The notes beneath the pieces are model-generated. The model was not told the origin of the DNA, ran no database searches, and was given only the letters and a program-made list of their open reading frames with translations. Both the position numbers and the translations under genes were made by a program. DNA of 64,000 nt from Escherichia phage dhaeg, in sequence record MN850609.1; one strand, 5' to 3'. Positions 8,405 through 16,939 of the stretch are shown here, in pieces. Each line of letters starts with the position of its first letter. Position 1 is the first letter of the stretch.

Positions 8405-8991
8405 TGGCCCTTTATGAACCTGGTTGCATGGGTGTTGATGTAAACTTCATCCGTCGGTCTGAAAATGCCGGAATCATTATCCCAAATGGTGAGAATATGA
8501 TTATTAAAAAGTCCTGGCGAAATATTGATGATGCTGATGAAGGAATTTCAGCCAGTACAGTAGATTGGTCAGGATGTACTGCTGAAATGAAACAACTTTT
8601 AATTGAGGAATATAAAATGGGCTATATCGTAAATGGTTGGCAACCGGAACCCCATAAAGAACAGACGCCAGACCCATTGATTTGTTATAGCAAAAAATAC
8701 GGCTTCCGTACATGGAGTGATGAATACGACAAATTGGTGAGTTCTAGGTTCTATGTTTGGATGGGGATATTATTTTTCCCACTCCTAGGGTTTTTCCTGA
8801 CAACGGATAATGACCTGCCTATTACGCTATTTGCTTCAGCGATGTCTGCGGCTATCTTAGGACTTATCGCATCATTTTTATGGACTGCAGTTATTGAAGT
8901 ACCTTTTCGTATTTCTAAAGTTAAAAAGGTATATGACGATATCACTAAGAAAAATACATTAAACTCTTTTATTGAGGAATGCCGTAAATGA
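8404..8991 (+). CDS. Hypothetical protein with C-terminal transmembrane segments
   Basis: Start overlaps previous stop (TAATG); hydrophobic C-terminal half. Confidence 0.7.
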   Translation: MALYEPGCMGVDVNFIRRSENAGIIIPNGENMIIKKSWRNIDDADEGISASTVDWSGCTAEMKQLLIEEYKMGYIVNGWQPEPHKEQTPDPLICYSKKYGFRTWSDEYDKLVSSRFYVWMGILFFPLLGFFLTTDNDLPITLFASAMSAAILGLIASFLWTAVIEVPFRISKVKKVYDDITKKNTLNSFIEECRK

Positions 8992-9224
8992 GTATTGCGA
9001 TTTATATTAAATCTGAGTCATGCGATTCTTATCTGTATTCCTATGACACTGGAACATCAGAAGAGAAAATCAAAGAAGATTTAGAAAGCGACTTGGATAT
9101 GTTCCGACCTATTTCTGATTATATGGTCCAAATATCTGATAGTGAAAGTCCGTCATTAGAAAATAGACTTGAAATTTTAATGAGCGACATTTTTAACCAA
9201 TCATGGAAACGAGACGATGAGTAA
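8988..9224 (+). CDS. Small acidic protein
   Basis: ATGA overlap start; Asp/Glu/Ser-rich. Confidence 0.6.
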   Translation: MSIAIYIKSESCDSYLYSYDTGTSEEKIKEDLESDLDMFRPISDYMVQISDSESPSLENRLEILMSDIFNQSWKRDDE

Positions 9225-9666
9225 AAAAGTTAAAGAACTATCCGCCGGTATTTTGTTTATGACCGCCGATAAAGAATTGGTTATGGGTCGTGTAACAGGT
9301 TCTCGTAATCCAGAGAATATGCGTCATAAATGGGACATCCCTAAAGGTCATGTCGAACCGGGTGAAGAGCCTATTCAAGCAGCAATGCGTGAAACTGAAG
9401 AAGAGATTGGATTCACTGCATACGATCCTGCGTTCCTGAAAGACCTAGGTGAGTTCAAATATTCTAGCAATAAGAATCTACACCTGTTCTTATATACTGT
9501 GCCTGTCGAACACGAGCAGTTCAAGAATTGCAAATGTACAGCTTACCACACGTTCCCTGATGGTCGTACGATTCCTGAATTTGATGCCTTCGCCTTGATT
9601 AAACGCCCGCAATGGGAATACGTCATGGGCCCGTCGATGTTTAAGGTTTTAGATTCGCTCTTTTGA
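9217..9666 (+). CDS. nudE: Nudix hydrolase
   Basis: Nudix box GHVEPGEEPIQAAMRETEEEIGF; immediately upstream of e as in T4 (e.1/nudE). Confidence 0.8.
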   Translation: MSKKVKELSAGILFMTADKELVMGRVTGSRNPENMRHKWDIPKGHVEPGEEPIQAAMRETEEEIGFTAYDPAFLKDLGEFKYSSNKNLHLFLYTVPVEHEQFKNCKCTAYHTFPDGRTIPEFDAFALIKRPQWEYVMGPSMFKVLDSLF

Positions 9667-9674
9667 TATAAATA
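9667..9674 (+). promoter_or_regulatory. T4-type late promoter TATAAATA for lysozyme gene, inside SD-sequestering hairpin region
   Basis: Exact TATAAATA; followed by inverted repeat CCTCC-TATAATCA-GGAGG that contains the SD of e. Confidence 0.55.
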
Positions 9675-9696
9675 CCTCCTATAATCAGGAGGTATT

Positions 9697-10185
9697 ATGG
9701 ATATTTTTGATATGTTACGTCAAGACGAAGGTCTTGATTTAAATCTTTATAAAGACACCGAAGGTTATTGGACTATTGGTATAGGCCAATTGATTACTAA
9801 GAACCCATCTAAAGATGTTGCTCGCGCTGAACTTGATAAGCTTATGGGTCGAGTTTGTAATGGTCGTATTACTATGGCTGAAGCCGAACAACTCTTTAAT
9901 CGTTCAGTAGAAAATGCCCGTAGAGCTATAACGCGCAATCCTAAATTGAAACCGGTTTATGATGTGCTAGACGAAGTTCGTCGTTGCGCATTGATTAATA
10001 TGGTCTTCCAAATGGGTGAAGCTGGTGTAGCGGGATTTACCAACTCTCTGCGTATGCTCCAACAAAAACGTTGGGATGACGCCGCAGTTAACCTGGCGCA
10101 GTCTCGTTGGTACAAGCAAACCCCTAATCGTGCCAAGCGTGTTATCGCCACCTTTAAAACAGGTACTTGGGCCGCTTATAGATAA
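9697..10185 (+). CDS. e: Endolysin, T4 lysozyme (GH24)
   Basis: Near-colinear with T4 lysozyme ([13 protein letters not shown]...[13 protein letters not shown]...; catalytic E11/D20/T26 context conserved). Confidence 0.95.
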   Translation: MDIFDMLRQDEGLDLNLYKDTEGYWTIGIGQLITKNPSKDVARAELDKLMGRVCNGRITMAEAEQLFNRSVENARRAITRNPKLKPVYDVLDEVRRCALINMVFQMGEAGVAGFTNSLRMLQQKRWDDAAVNLAQSRWYKQTPNRAKRVIATFKTGTWAAYR

Positions 10186-10190
10186 AAGCA

Positions 10191-10231
10191 GTTTACATCT
10201 CCGGTAGGCATGATACTATAGACCTATCAAC
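10191..10231 (+). promoter_or_regulatory. Early promoter cassette (GTTTAC-N17-TGaTACTATAGACCTATCAAC) with stem-loop arms ATCTCCGGTAG / CTACAGGAGAT
   Basis: GTTTAC 10191-10196, TACTAT 10214-10219; downstream arm includes SD of denV. Confidence 0.6.
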
Positions 10232-10245
10232 TACAGGAGATTAAA

Positions 10246-10662
10246 ATGACTCGTATCAACCTTACCTTAGTATCTGAATTGGCTGACCAACACTTAATGG
10301 CTGAATATCGTGAATTGCCACGTGTTTTCGGTGCAGTTCGAAAGCATGTTGCTAACGGTAAACGTGTTCGTGATTTTAAAATCAGCCCTACTTTTATCCT
10401 TGGTACAGGCCATGTCACATTCTTTTATGATAAGCTTGAATTTTTACGTAAGCGTCAAATCGAGCTTATAGCCGAATGTTTAAAACGTGGCTTTAATATC
10501 AAGGATACTACGGTCCAGGACATTAGTGATATTCCTCAGGAATTCCGTGGTGATTATGTTCTTCACGAAGCTTCTATCGCTATTTCACAAGCCCGTTTGG
10601 ATGAAAAAATTGCACAACGTCCTACCTGGTACAAACATTATGGTAAGGCGATTTATGCATAA
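10246..10662 (+). CDS. denV: Endonuclease V, pyrimidine-dimer DNA glycosylase
   Basis: Near-identical over full length to T4 endo V as I recall it ([35 protein letters not shown]...). Confidence 0.95.
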   Translation: MTRINLTLVSELADQHLMAEYRELPRVFGAVRKHVANGKRVRDFKISPTFILGTGHVTFFYDKLEFLRKRQIELIAECLKRGFNIKDTTVQDISDIPQEFRGDYVLHEASIAISQARLDEKIAQRPTWYKHYGKAIYA

Positions 10663-10800
10663 GGGAGCAACCTGGACCTCACAATTCTGTGAGGGACTCC
10701 CGCCAACCTGTAATAAGGTCGAGCCCAAGTGCGGTAATGGGTAAATGCAGAAAGGGACGAATTAATGTGCCAAGGAACGGCCCACAACTAAGAGACAACT

Positions 10801-11328
10801 ATGAAATTTTTAACCCCCATTTATCTAACCTTAATGCACGCCTTCGCTGAACGCGCCATTGAACGTTTAGACTCAGACCAATATACCTGGTATGAACCTA
10901 CTTCAAGAATGCAAGAGTTTGGTACTCTTCGACTTGACGGTGGGCGTCAAACAGGTAAAACAAGTGCCATTGCCCAGTTCGCAGCTGATTGGGTTTCCAA
11001 GGGTAATGATGTGATTGTTATGTCAAGTTCTTCGCACCGGTCACGCGAAATTTGTAATGTAATAAAAAGGGTTTCTAAGGCCCAACCACACCTTCAAGTA
11101 GAAGGTCCTGGGTTTGTTGTATATGATACCGTACGTTCATTTTTAGACGAAGATAACTTCCATAAGTATCGTGGTCTATCAGTTACTCGATTATTGATTA
11201 TTATCGAAGAGCCAATGCGCCTTCCAGCGATGGATAAGTTCTATGAAGCTTACCAGGTAATGATGAATAAATTTATGTGCCAGGGTTCTAAACCTCTGCC
11301 GCTGTTCTTTGTGATAGGAATGCAATGA
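10801..11328 (+). CDS. Hypothetical protein with Walker A-like motif
   Basis: GGRQTGKTS P-loop-like motif; ORF. Confidence 0.55.
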   Translation: MKFLTPIYLTLMHAFAERAIERLDSDQYTWYEPTSRMQEFGTLRLDGGRQTGKTSAIAQFAADWVSKGNDVIVMSSSSHRSREICNVIKRVSKAQPHLQVEGPGFVVYDTVRSFLDEDNFHKYRGLSVTRLLIIIEEPMRLPAMDKFYEAYQVMMNKFMCQGSKPLPLFFVIGMQ

Positions 11329-11621
11329 TGACTGATGAAGAGCTTTTTGAGTTCTGTTATTTCTCACGTAAGGTTCGAAGAGAGGACCTTACTACAAATT
11401 TCGAATATGCTTATTTCTATCCATTAGAATATGTATTCATGTCAGGGCCCTTTAAGGGCTCTCGTTTTAGATGTCATGCCCCAAGCATCCGATTAATGAA
11501 ACAGGTTCCTTACTTCACTCTCGAGTTCATCTCTGGGCCGTGTAAGGGTATTATTACTCGCAGTCTCTTGACGTATGACCAAGAGATTCATATGATTTCT
11601 GACTGGAAAAAATATGTCTAA
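11325..11621 (+). CDS. Hypothetical protein
   Basis: ATGATG overlap with upstream stop. Confidence 0.55.
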   Translation: MMTDEELFEFCYFSRKVRREDLTTNFEYAYFYPLEYVFMSGPFKGSRFRCHAPSIRLMKQVPYFTLEFISGPCKGIITRSLLTYDQEIHMISDWKKYV

Positions 11622-11832
11622 ATTGACAATTGAAGGCTCTGATGAAGCTCTGAAGAGATTTGTTGAATGGTTTAATGGGCCGGGTGAACAAGACTTTCTG
11701 GAAGTCTGGGACGGCGGCCAATGGAATGGTAAAGAAATTGTTTACCCAACTACTTATATCTCCGTGCAAGGTTGGACTGAAGGCCTTCGTTTGGTGGAAT
11801 ATGATATCGCAACTGGCGAGGAAGTGAAATGA
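11614..11832 (+). CDS. Hypothetical small protein
   Basis: ORF, overlapping start. Confidence 0.55.
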   Translation: MSKLTIEGSDEALKRFVEWFNGPGEQDFLEVWDGGQWNGKEIVYPTTYISVQGWTEGLRLVEYDIATGEEVK

Positions 11833-12107
11833 TTGAAGACATCAAAGGTTACAAGCCACATACCGACGATAAAATAGGTAAAGTGAATGCCATTAAAGAT
11901 GCTGAAGTTCGATTGGGCTTAATCTTTAAAGCATTAGAAGAAGAATATGTTGAAGCCTTTACATGCTCCGGTGTTGATAAAATGAGTGATGAAGAATTCG
12001 ACCTTACTCATGAACGCCTCGCCCAGATTCGTACGGCAATCGAACGCTTGAAAGAAGCATCCATGTGGGCCTGTCGTTCCGTTTTCCAACCGGAAGAGAA
12101 ATACTAA
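11829..12107 (+). CDS. Hypothetical small protein
   Basis: SD GAGGAAGTGAAATG. Confidence 0.55.
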   Translation: MIEDIKGYKPHTDDKIGKVNAIKDAEVRLGLIFKALEEEYVEAFTCSGVDKMSDEEFDLTHERLAQIRTAIERLKEASMWACRSVFQPEEKY

Positions 12108-12316
12108 TGAAAATCGAAAGTTTGCAAGAATTCCAACGTATCATCAGTGAAGCCTGTACTGGCTACCACAAATACTTGCTTGACGACCAAATGGCTTGTA
12201 TTGAAGAAGGTGAATTGCAGTACGCAGCCCAGCGCCTTGAACAGGTGAAAGAGTTTTATCCGGTGCTGGTAGAAATTTGTTCTGCTGTCGGAAAACTTAC
12301 CCCATTCCAAGAATAA
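12107..12316 (+). CDS. Hypothetical small protein
   Basis: TAATGA overlap start; SD GGAAGAGAAA. Confidence 0.5.
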   Translation: MKIESLQEFQRIISEACTGYHKYLLDDQMACIEEGELQYAAQRLEQVKEFYPVLVEICSAVGKLTPFQE

Positions 12317-12320
12317 AGCA

Positions 12321-12361
12321 GTTTACATCTCCTGTAGACGTGGTACTATAGACCTATCAAC
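12321..12361 (+). promoter_or_regulatory. Early promoter cassette with stem-loop (ATCTCCTGTAG / CTACAGGAGAT perfect 11-bp arms)
   Basis: GTTTAC 12321-12326, TACTAT 12344-12349, conserved AGACCTATCAAC. Confidence 0.6.
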
Positions 12362-12377
12362 TACAGGAGATTACAAA

Positions 12378-12836
12378 ATGTCAGAAATTAATTCAGAAGT
12401 ATTCATCCGCCGCAACAAATTACGTCGTCAGTTCGAAACCGAATTTCGTGAACTTAACGCGTCCATCAAAAAAGCCGCCATTAAGAGCGGTGTCCCAGCT
12501 TTCTTTATTAAGTACTCTAATCACTTGTTGGACCGTGCTATCCAACGTGAAATTGACGAAAAATATGTTTTCTCTTTGTTCAAGAAGCTCCATAATCATG
12601 TTAAAGAAATCCATGAATTTTTAATCCAGGAGCCTCTTCCTGACATAGAATCTGAAATTGTCCCAGGTAAAGTGTATCGTCCACTGCGTCTCGAGATTAC
12701 CGATAAAACCTTATGGTTGGGTATGACCGTAGATCGTAAACATCCTGATAAAGGATATTCATTAAAATGTCGTATGGCATTTGTTAATTCTAAACGTTTA
12801 GAAGGTAAAACCAGCACGAAAGTAATCTATCTTTAA
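12378..12836 (+). CDS. Hypothetical protein (152 aa)
   Basis: SD CTACAGGAGATTACAAAATG. Confidence 0.65.
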   Translation: MSEINSEVFIRRNKLRRQFETEFRELNASIKKAAIKSGVPAFFIKYSNHLLDRAIQREIDEKYVFSLFKKLHNHVKEIHEFLIQEPLPDIESEIVPGKVYRPLRLEITDKTLWLGMTVDRKHPDKGYSLKCRMAFVNSKRLEGKTSTKVIYL

Positions 12837-12848
12837 TAATGAGGTCTC

Positions 12849-13388
12849 ATGAAAAAAGTATTAGCCACTTTACTATTGACAGTTAGTATGTCTGCCTATA
12901 GCGTAGAGCCTACTTTCAGTAATGAACAACTCGATAATTTACATTATGCGTATGCTTTCGGTGAACAATACCAAAAGTCGGGAAAGTTCAAAGAAAACCC
13001 TAATCAAAAAGGATTAGGATATATAATGGCCGGATTATTATGGCAGGAATCATCTGCTGGAATTAATCAAGGTTTAAATAAAGATAAGCACCATGCTTAT
13101 GGCATGTTCCAAAATTACTTGCCTACGTTAAGAAGTCGTGTTCAACAGGTAGGTTGGAAGATGTCAGACAAAGAAATAATTCGCATGGTCCAAAAACGAC
13201 AGAACAGTGCCTCTTGGGCCTACATTGAGCTGTCTTATTGGATTGATGTTCACAAAGGTGACCTGAGAAAAGCGATTGCTTCTTATAATGCGGGCTGGAA
13301 TGTCAAAGCAGGCAGTAAATATGCTTCCGAAGTTCTAGAAAAGGCCAATTACCTAAAATCTAAAAAGATGTTTGAGGCGGTATATTAA
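12849..13388 (+). CDS. Secreted lytic transglycosylase (SLT-domain)-like protein
   Basis: Signal peptide MKKVLATLLLTVSMSAYS; motif WQESS...GMFQ resembles SLT catalytic E-S...G(L/M)(M/F)Q. Confidence 0.5.
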   Translation: MKKVLATLLLTVSMSAYSVEPTFSNEQLDNLHYAYAFGEQYQKSGKFKENPNQKGLGYIMAGLLWQESSAGINQGLNKDKHHAYGMFQNYLPTLRSRVQQVGWKMSDKEIIRMVQKRQNSASWAYIELSYWIDVHKGDLRKAIASYNAGWNVKAGSKYASEVLEKANYLKSKKMFEAVY

Positions 13389-13745
13389 ATGATTAAACAG
13401 ATGACTATAGCGCTTATGTTGATTGCTCCGGGAGTATTAGCATCACAGGTTGATGATACAAATAATTCAATTGTCGAGTATGCCACCCGTACAGCAAAAG
13501 ATTATTGTCATCCGAGTAATACTGAATGTGTTATTGAATTCAGTTCAAAAATAACAGCTGCTTTTAAAGATGGACAGAACGACGTCGAGCATCGCCGAAT
13601 GAAAGAGAAAACTCTTTCTAAAAGATACGAGCAACGTCTAAACGTTACTGAATGTGTTCCGTCTGATAAAAAGTACAAAGAAATGTGCGCGTCTATGGTA
13701 GACAGACTCGTTGACTCTTACAACCGAGGGCTAAACTCTAAATGA
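13389..13745 (+). CDS. Secreted Cys-containing hypothetical protein
   Basis: Signal peptide MIKQMTIALMLIAPGVLAS. Confidence 0.6.
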   Translation: MIKQMTIALMLIAPGVLASQVDDTNNSIVEYATRTAKDYCHPSNTECVIEFSSKITAAFKDGQNDVEHRRMKEKTLSKRYEQRLNVTECVPSDKKYKEMCASMVDRLVDSYNRGLNSK

Positions 13746-14221
13746 TTATTGATTATATTAAGGGCGATATCGTCGCCCTGTTTCTTCAAGGTAATATTAT
13801 TGCACACGGGTGCAACTGTTTTCATACTATGGGTTCAGGTGTGGCTGGTCAATTAGCAAAGGCCTATCCTAAAATATTAGAAATTGATAAGACCACTACT
13901 GAATATGGTTCTCGTGATAAATTGGGTGATATGTCTATTGTTTTTAAACATAAGCCTAATGGATTTGCAATGTGCTATAATTTATACACCCAATACGAAC
14001 CAGGCCCTAATCTTGATTACGGTGCTTTAGTAAACTGTATGATAGAATTAAATCTACAAGCAAATGACCTTTTGTTTAAACCAAGAATTTATATTCCTCG
14101 CATTGGTTGTGGTATTGCTGGTGGTGATTGGGACAAGGTTTCTAAATTAATCGACATGTTTACTCCTGATATTGATTTAATAGTGGTGGATTATGAAAGC
14201 ACATTACCCACATCCGTTTGA
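13742..14221 (+). CDS. Macro-domain protein (ADP-ribose binding/hydrolase-like)
   Basis: GDIV...IIAHGCNCFHTMGSGVAGQL and IGCGIAGGDWDKV resemble macro-domain motifs (NAAN...GGGVAGAI ; IGxGxxGG). Confidence 0.6.
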   Translation: MIIDYIKGDIVALFLQGNIIAHGCNCFHTMGSGVAGQLAKAYPKILEIDKTTTEYGSRDKLGDMSIVFKHKPNGFAMCYNLYTQYEPGPNLDYGALVNCMIELNLQANDLLFKPRIYIPRIGCGIAGGDWDKVSKLIDMFTPDIDLIVVDYESTLPTSV

Positions 14222-14405
14222 CCCTAAAAATAAAGCTGAAATTATTCGGCGCTGGACTGAAACTCGAGTAACCAAATGCCCTATAAAAAGTCAGCATAAC
14301 ACCGATAAATGGTATATTGGTGAATATGTTGAATATACTTTTATAGATAAAAATAAACGTAAACAGCATGTAGAAGAATATTGCTTAAAGGTACAATGGT
14401 TATGA
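14193..14405 (+). CDS. Hypothetical small protein
   Basis: ORF overlapping previous gene end by 29 nt. Confidence 0.4.
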   Translation: MKAHYPHPFDPKNKAEIIRRWTETRVTKCPIKSQHNTDKWYIGEYVEYTFIDKNKRKQHVEEYCLKVQWL

Positions 14406-14608
14406 GCCAAGCCCGAATTCTTAAAACAGCCAAATGTGAAAAATGCGAATGGCCGGTAATCGCAGCTTTATGCAACGATGAAATGAATTGCGAATATGAT
14501 TACTGGTGGTACTGTTCTAATAAAGGATGTTCTAATCATAAAGGTGAAGGTTTTCATTCTGGTTATTGCGAACATCCTAAATTTGTGCGATATGGTGAAC
14601 CTAAATGA
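14396..14608 (+). CDS. Small Cys-rich (zinc-binding?) protein
   Basis: CEKCEW...C...C...C pattern; track start 14381 is TTG, ATG at 14396. Confidence 0.5.
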   Translation: MVMSQARILKTAKCEKCEWPVIAALCNDEMNCEYDYWWYCSNKGCSNHKGEGFHSGYCEHPKFVRYGEPK

Positions 14609-14790
14609 GTTTGAGTAAAGAACAGAAAGACAAATTGTTTGAGCTTATCCATGAGCTTTTGGATGAACATGCCGAAGCAAACGCTTTTTACGATGAATAT
14701 GGCCCGATAGATGCCGACCATCAGGAAGAATTTGCTAATCGATTTGATGAGAAAGAAAACGAATTAATTGCTTATGTGAATAGTCTTTAA
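14605..14790 (+). CDS. Small acidic protein
   Basis: ATGA overlap start; Asp/Glu-rich. Confidence 0.5.
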   Translation: MSLSKEQKDKLFELIHELLDEHAEANAFYDEYGPIDADHQEEFANRFDEKENELIAYVNSL

Positions 14791-14799
14791 GAAGGTAAT

Positions 14800-15372
14800 A
14801 TGGCTCAACTTTATTTTCACTATGCGGCAATGAACTCAGGTAAGACAGCTTCATTGCTAACGGCGGCTCATAACTACAAAGAACGTGGTATGGGCGTGCT
14901 CCTTTTAAAGCCTGCGATAGACAATAGAGAATCAAGCCATACCATTTCGTCTCGTATAGGGATTAGTCAAGAGGCTAATGCAGTGACTCCGGATATGGAC
15001 CTATACGAGTTCTATCGTTGGGCTGAATCTCAAAAAGATATCCACTGTGTGTTTGTGGATGAAGCACAGTTCTTAGAACCTGCACAGATAAAACAACTGG
15101 CAAAGATAGTAGACAATTATAATGTTCCAGTTATGTGTTATGGACTAAGAACTGATTTTCAGGGTAAACTGTTTCCTGGTTCTGCCGAATTACTCGCTAC
15201 GGCAGATAAACTCGTTGAGTACAAAGGTGTGTGCCATTGTGGCCGTAAAGCTACTATGACTGCTAGGGTCCAAGATGGTATCGCAATTAAGGACGGAGCC
15301 CAAGTTTCTATAGGTGGCAACGATTCTTACGTGTCATTGTGCAGGAAGCACTGGATAGAAATAACGAGTTGA
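14800..15372 (+). CDS. tk: Thymidine kinase
   Basis: MAQLYFHYAAMNSGKTASLL P-loop, C-terminal zinc ribbon CHCG...C; matches T4 Tk. Confidence 0.9.
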   Translation: MAQLYFHYAAMNSGKTASLLTAAHNYKERGMGVLLLKPAIDNRESSHTISSRIGISQEANAVTPDMDLYEFYRWAESQKDIHCVFVDEAQFLEPAQIKQLAKIVDNYNVPVMCYGLRTDFQGKLFPGSAELLATADKLVEYKGVCHCGRKATMTARVQDGIAIKDGAQVSIGGNDSYVSLCRKHWIEITS

Positions 15373-15379
15373 GGGTACT

Positions 15380-15658
15380 ATGGACCTAAATTCAAAGATT
15401 TTAATTCTAGCGTTCGCTGTGGCCATCTCTTATATTGTTCTTTCGCCCATCATGGATGATGTGGCTTACAAAAGAGAGATAGAAGTTGTAGCAGCGACGT
15501 ATAATGCTAATAATAAAGAATGTCCTAATAAAAATGGAATGGATTTAATTAAAGCGCATTATATGCTTTCCATTACCTCGCCTATACAGAGGAATTGGGT
15601 TGAATATAATTTTAACGACGTGTTCTATTCTTATTGTCGTAAGCTTAAAAAGCTATAA
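15380..15658 (+). CDS. Hypothetical membrane protein
   Basis: N-terminal TM helix; SD GAGGGTACTATG. Confidence 0.55.
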   Translation: MDLNSKILILAFAVAISYIVLSPIMDDVAYKREIEVVAATYNANNKECPNKNGMDLIKAHYMLSITSPIQRNWVEYNFNDVFYSYCRKLKKL

Positions 15659-15661
15659 ATA
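15654..15661 (+). promoter_or_regulatory. Possible late promoter TATAAATA
   Basis: Exact octamer about 90 nt upstream of 15752. Confidence 0.3.
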
Positions 15662-15751
15662 GTAATACTAACCGTAGAGCTTTAGCTTTTGGTAATCGCT
15701 ATCGGTTAAGGCCGAAAGGCAAATTCGTATAAAATAACAAAGGACTTTTGT

Positions 15752-16045
15752 ATGGGTATTTTCCGTACAGTGGCTTGTATCCTTATGATTGGATGTTTAA
15801 GCCCGACATCTTCACTAGCAAACAAATCCGACCCTAAATTGATGGATGCCTTTGCTAGTAGTGCGATGCCAGTTTATGCGCAAATGAGTAAACCTAGTGT
15901 AAAGGCTTCCGAAGACTACTGGGCTTATGTAACTGCTTCTTGGAAAATTTCAAATTGCAATACAATAGAGTCTTGCTCGATTGAAGGTCGGGCTATCGGA
16001 GAACGATACGCTAAACTAATGAAGGTAGATGATGAAATTCAATGA
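15752..16045 (+). CDS. Putative lipoprotein/secreted protein
   Basis: Signal peptide with Cys (LMIGC). Confidence 0.6.
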   Translation: MGIFRTVACILMIGCLSPTSSLANKSDPKLMDAFASSAMPVYAQMSKPSVKASEDYWAYVTASWKISNCNTIESCSIEGRAIGERYAKLMKVDDEIQ

Positions 16046-16415
16046 TTTCGTACTTAGTCGAGGGACTGAAGTAGATTCTTATATTGGCTGGCTGTTGGTT
16101 TCTTTAGCCTATTTTAAGTCAGCCCATTTGGAAACCAAAAGCTATGCAAGACACAAAGCATATGACTTCTATTATACAGAAGTTCAAGGACCACTAGACC
16201 AGTTCAGTGAACAGTATTTAGGATTTAGTGGCAAAGAATATAAAGCATCACTACCGTCTGCTTCAGAACTGCCTAAAGACCCCATAGATTTTCTTGATGA
16301 ACTTATTAAAGCGTCTGATAAAATCTACAAAAATCTTCCTAAGGCCATCCAATCGACTTTGGACGACATCACTGGTGTCTTTTACCAGACTAAGTATTTG
16401 TTAACGTTAGAATAA
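16029..16415 (+). CDS. Hypothetical protein
   Basis: ORF, SD GAAGG. Confidence 0.6.
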   Translation: MMKFNDFVLSRGTEVDSYIGWLLVSLAYFKSAHLETKSYARHKAYDFYYTEVQGPLDQFSEQYLGFSGKEYKASLPSASELPKDPIDFLDELIKASDKIYKNLPKAIQSTLDDITGVFYQTKYLLTLE

Positions 16416-16420
16416 TCAAA

Positions 16421-16446
16421 GGTCTCACTTCGGTGGGACCTTTTTT
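16421..16446 (+). terminator. Rho-independent terminator
   Basis: GGTCTCAC-TTCG-GTGGGACC followed by TTTTTT. Confidence 0.6.
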
Positions 16447-16455
16447 CGTTTTAGT

Positions 16456-16496
16456 GTTTACATCCTCTAGGAACGTGATACTATAGACCTATCAAC
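16456..16496 (+). promoter_or_regulatory. Early promoter cassette (GTTTAC-N17-TGaTACTATAGACCTATCAAC)
   Basis: GTTTAC 16456-16461, TACTAT 16479-16484. Confidence 0.6.
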
Positions 16497-16512
16497 TAAT
16501 GAGGAGAATAAA

Positions 16513-16743
16513 ATGAAAACCATCACCAACCTGAAAGTTATCGATATCGCTAAAGCTTCTAAAGCACTTAAAGTTAAAGCTGAAGATTTTGAAAACGCTA
16601 CCTTTGCTATTATCGAACAAAACGGTAAAGTAACTGGTTTAGAAGTTTATGAAGCTACTAAGTTCCAATCACAGCCTAAAATGGTTATTGGTACTAAATC
16701 TGTAGCTATCGAAAAAGCTTTGGCATTATTCGAAAAAATTTAA
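16513..16743 (+). CDS. Hypothetical small protein
   Basis: SD CTAATGAGGAGAATAAAATG. Confidence 0.6.
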   Translation: MKTITNLKVIDIAKASKALKVKAEDFENATFAIIEQNGKVTGLEVYEATKFQSQPKMVIGTKSVAIEKALALFEKI

Positions 16744-16756
16744 TGAGGAAAATATT

Positions 16757-16939
16757 ATGTTAACTACCGAACAGATTGAGAAAATTATCAAACTCGCCCA
16801 GCACATTGAAAACGCATCCAATGACCTGGCTGTTGAATATTGTGAAGGTTATTCGTATTCCGGAATAGAGCAGTGTAAACGAGATTTGGCTAACTCTAAA
16901 GCAGCCTTGGTTGAGTATCTTAATGGGTTGAAAGCATAG
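16757..16939 (+). CDS. Hypothetical small protein
   Basis: SD TGAGGAAAATATTATG. Confidence 0.5.
   Translation: MLTTEQIEKIIKLAQHIENASNDLAVEYCEGYSYSGIEQCKRDLANSKAALVEYLNGLKA

Noticed and set aside
12378-12836. RegB endoribonuclease (size 152 aa matches T4 RegB, located between denV and tk)
   Set aside because: I cannot recall the RegB sequence well enough to confirm; positional and size coincidence only.
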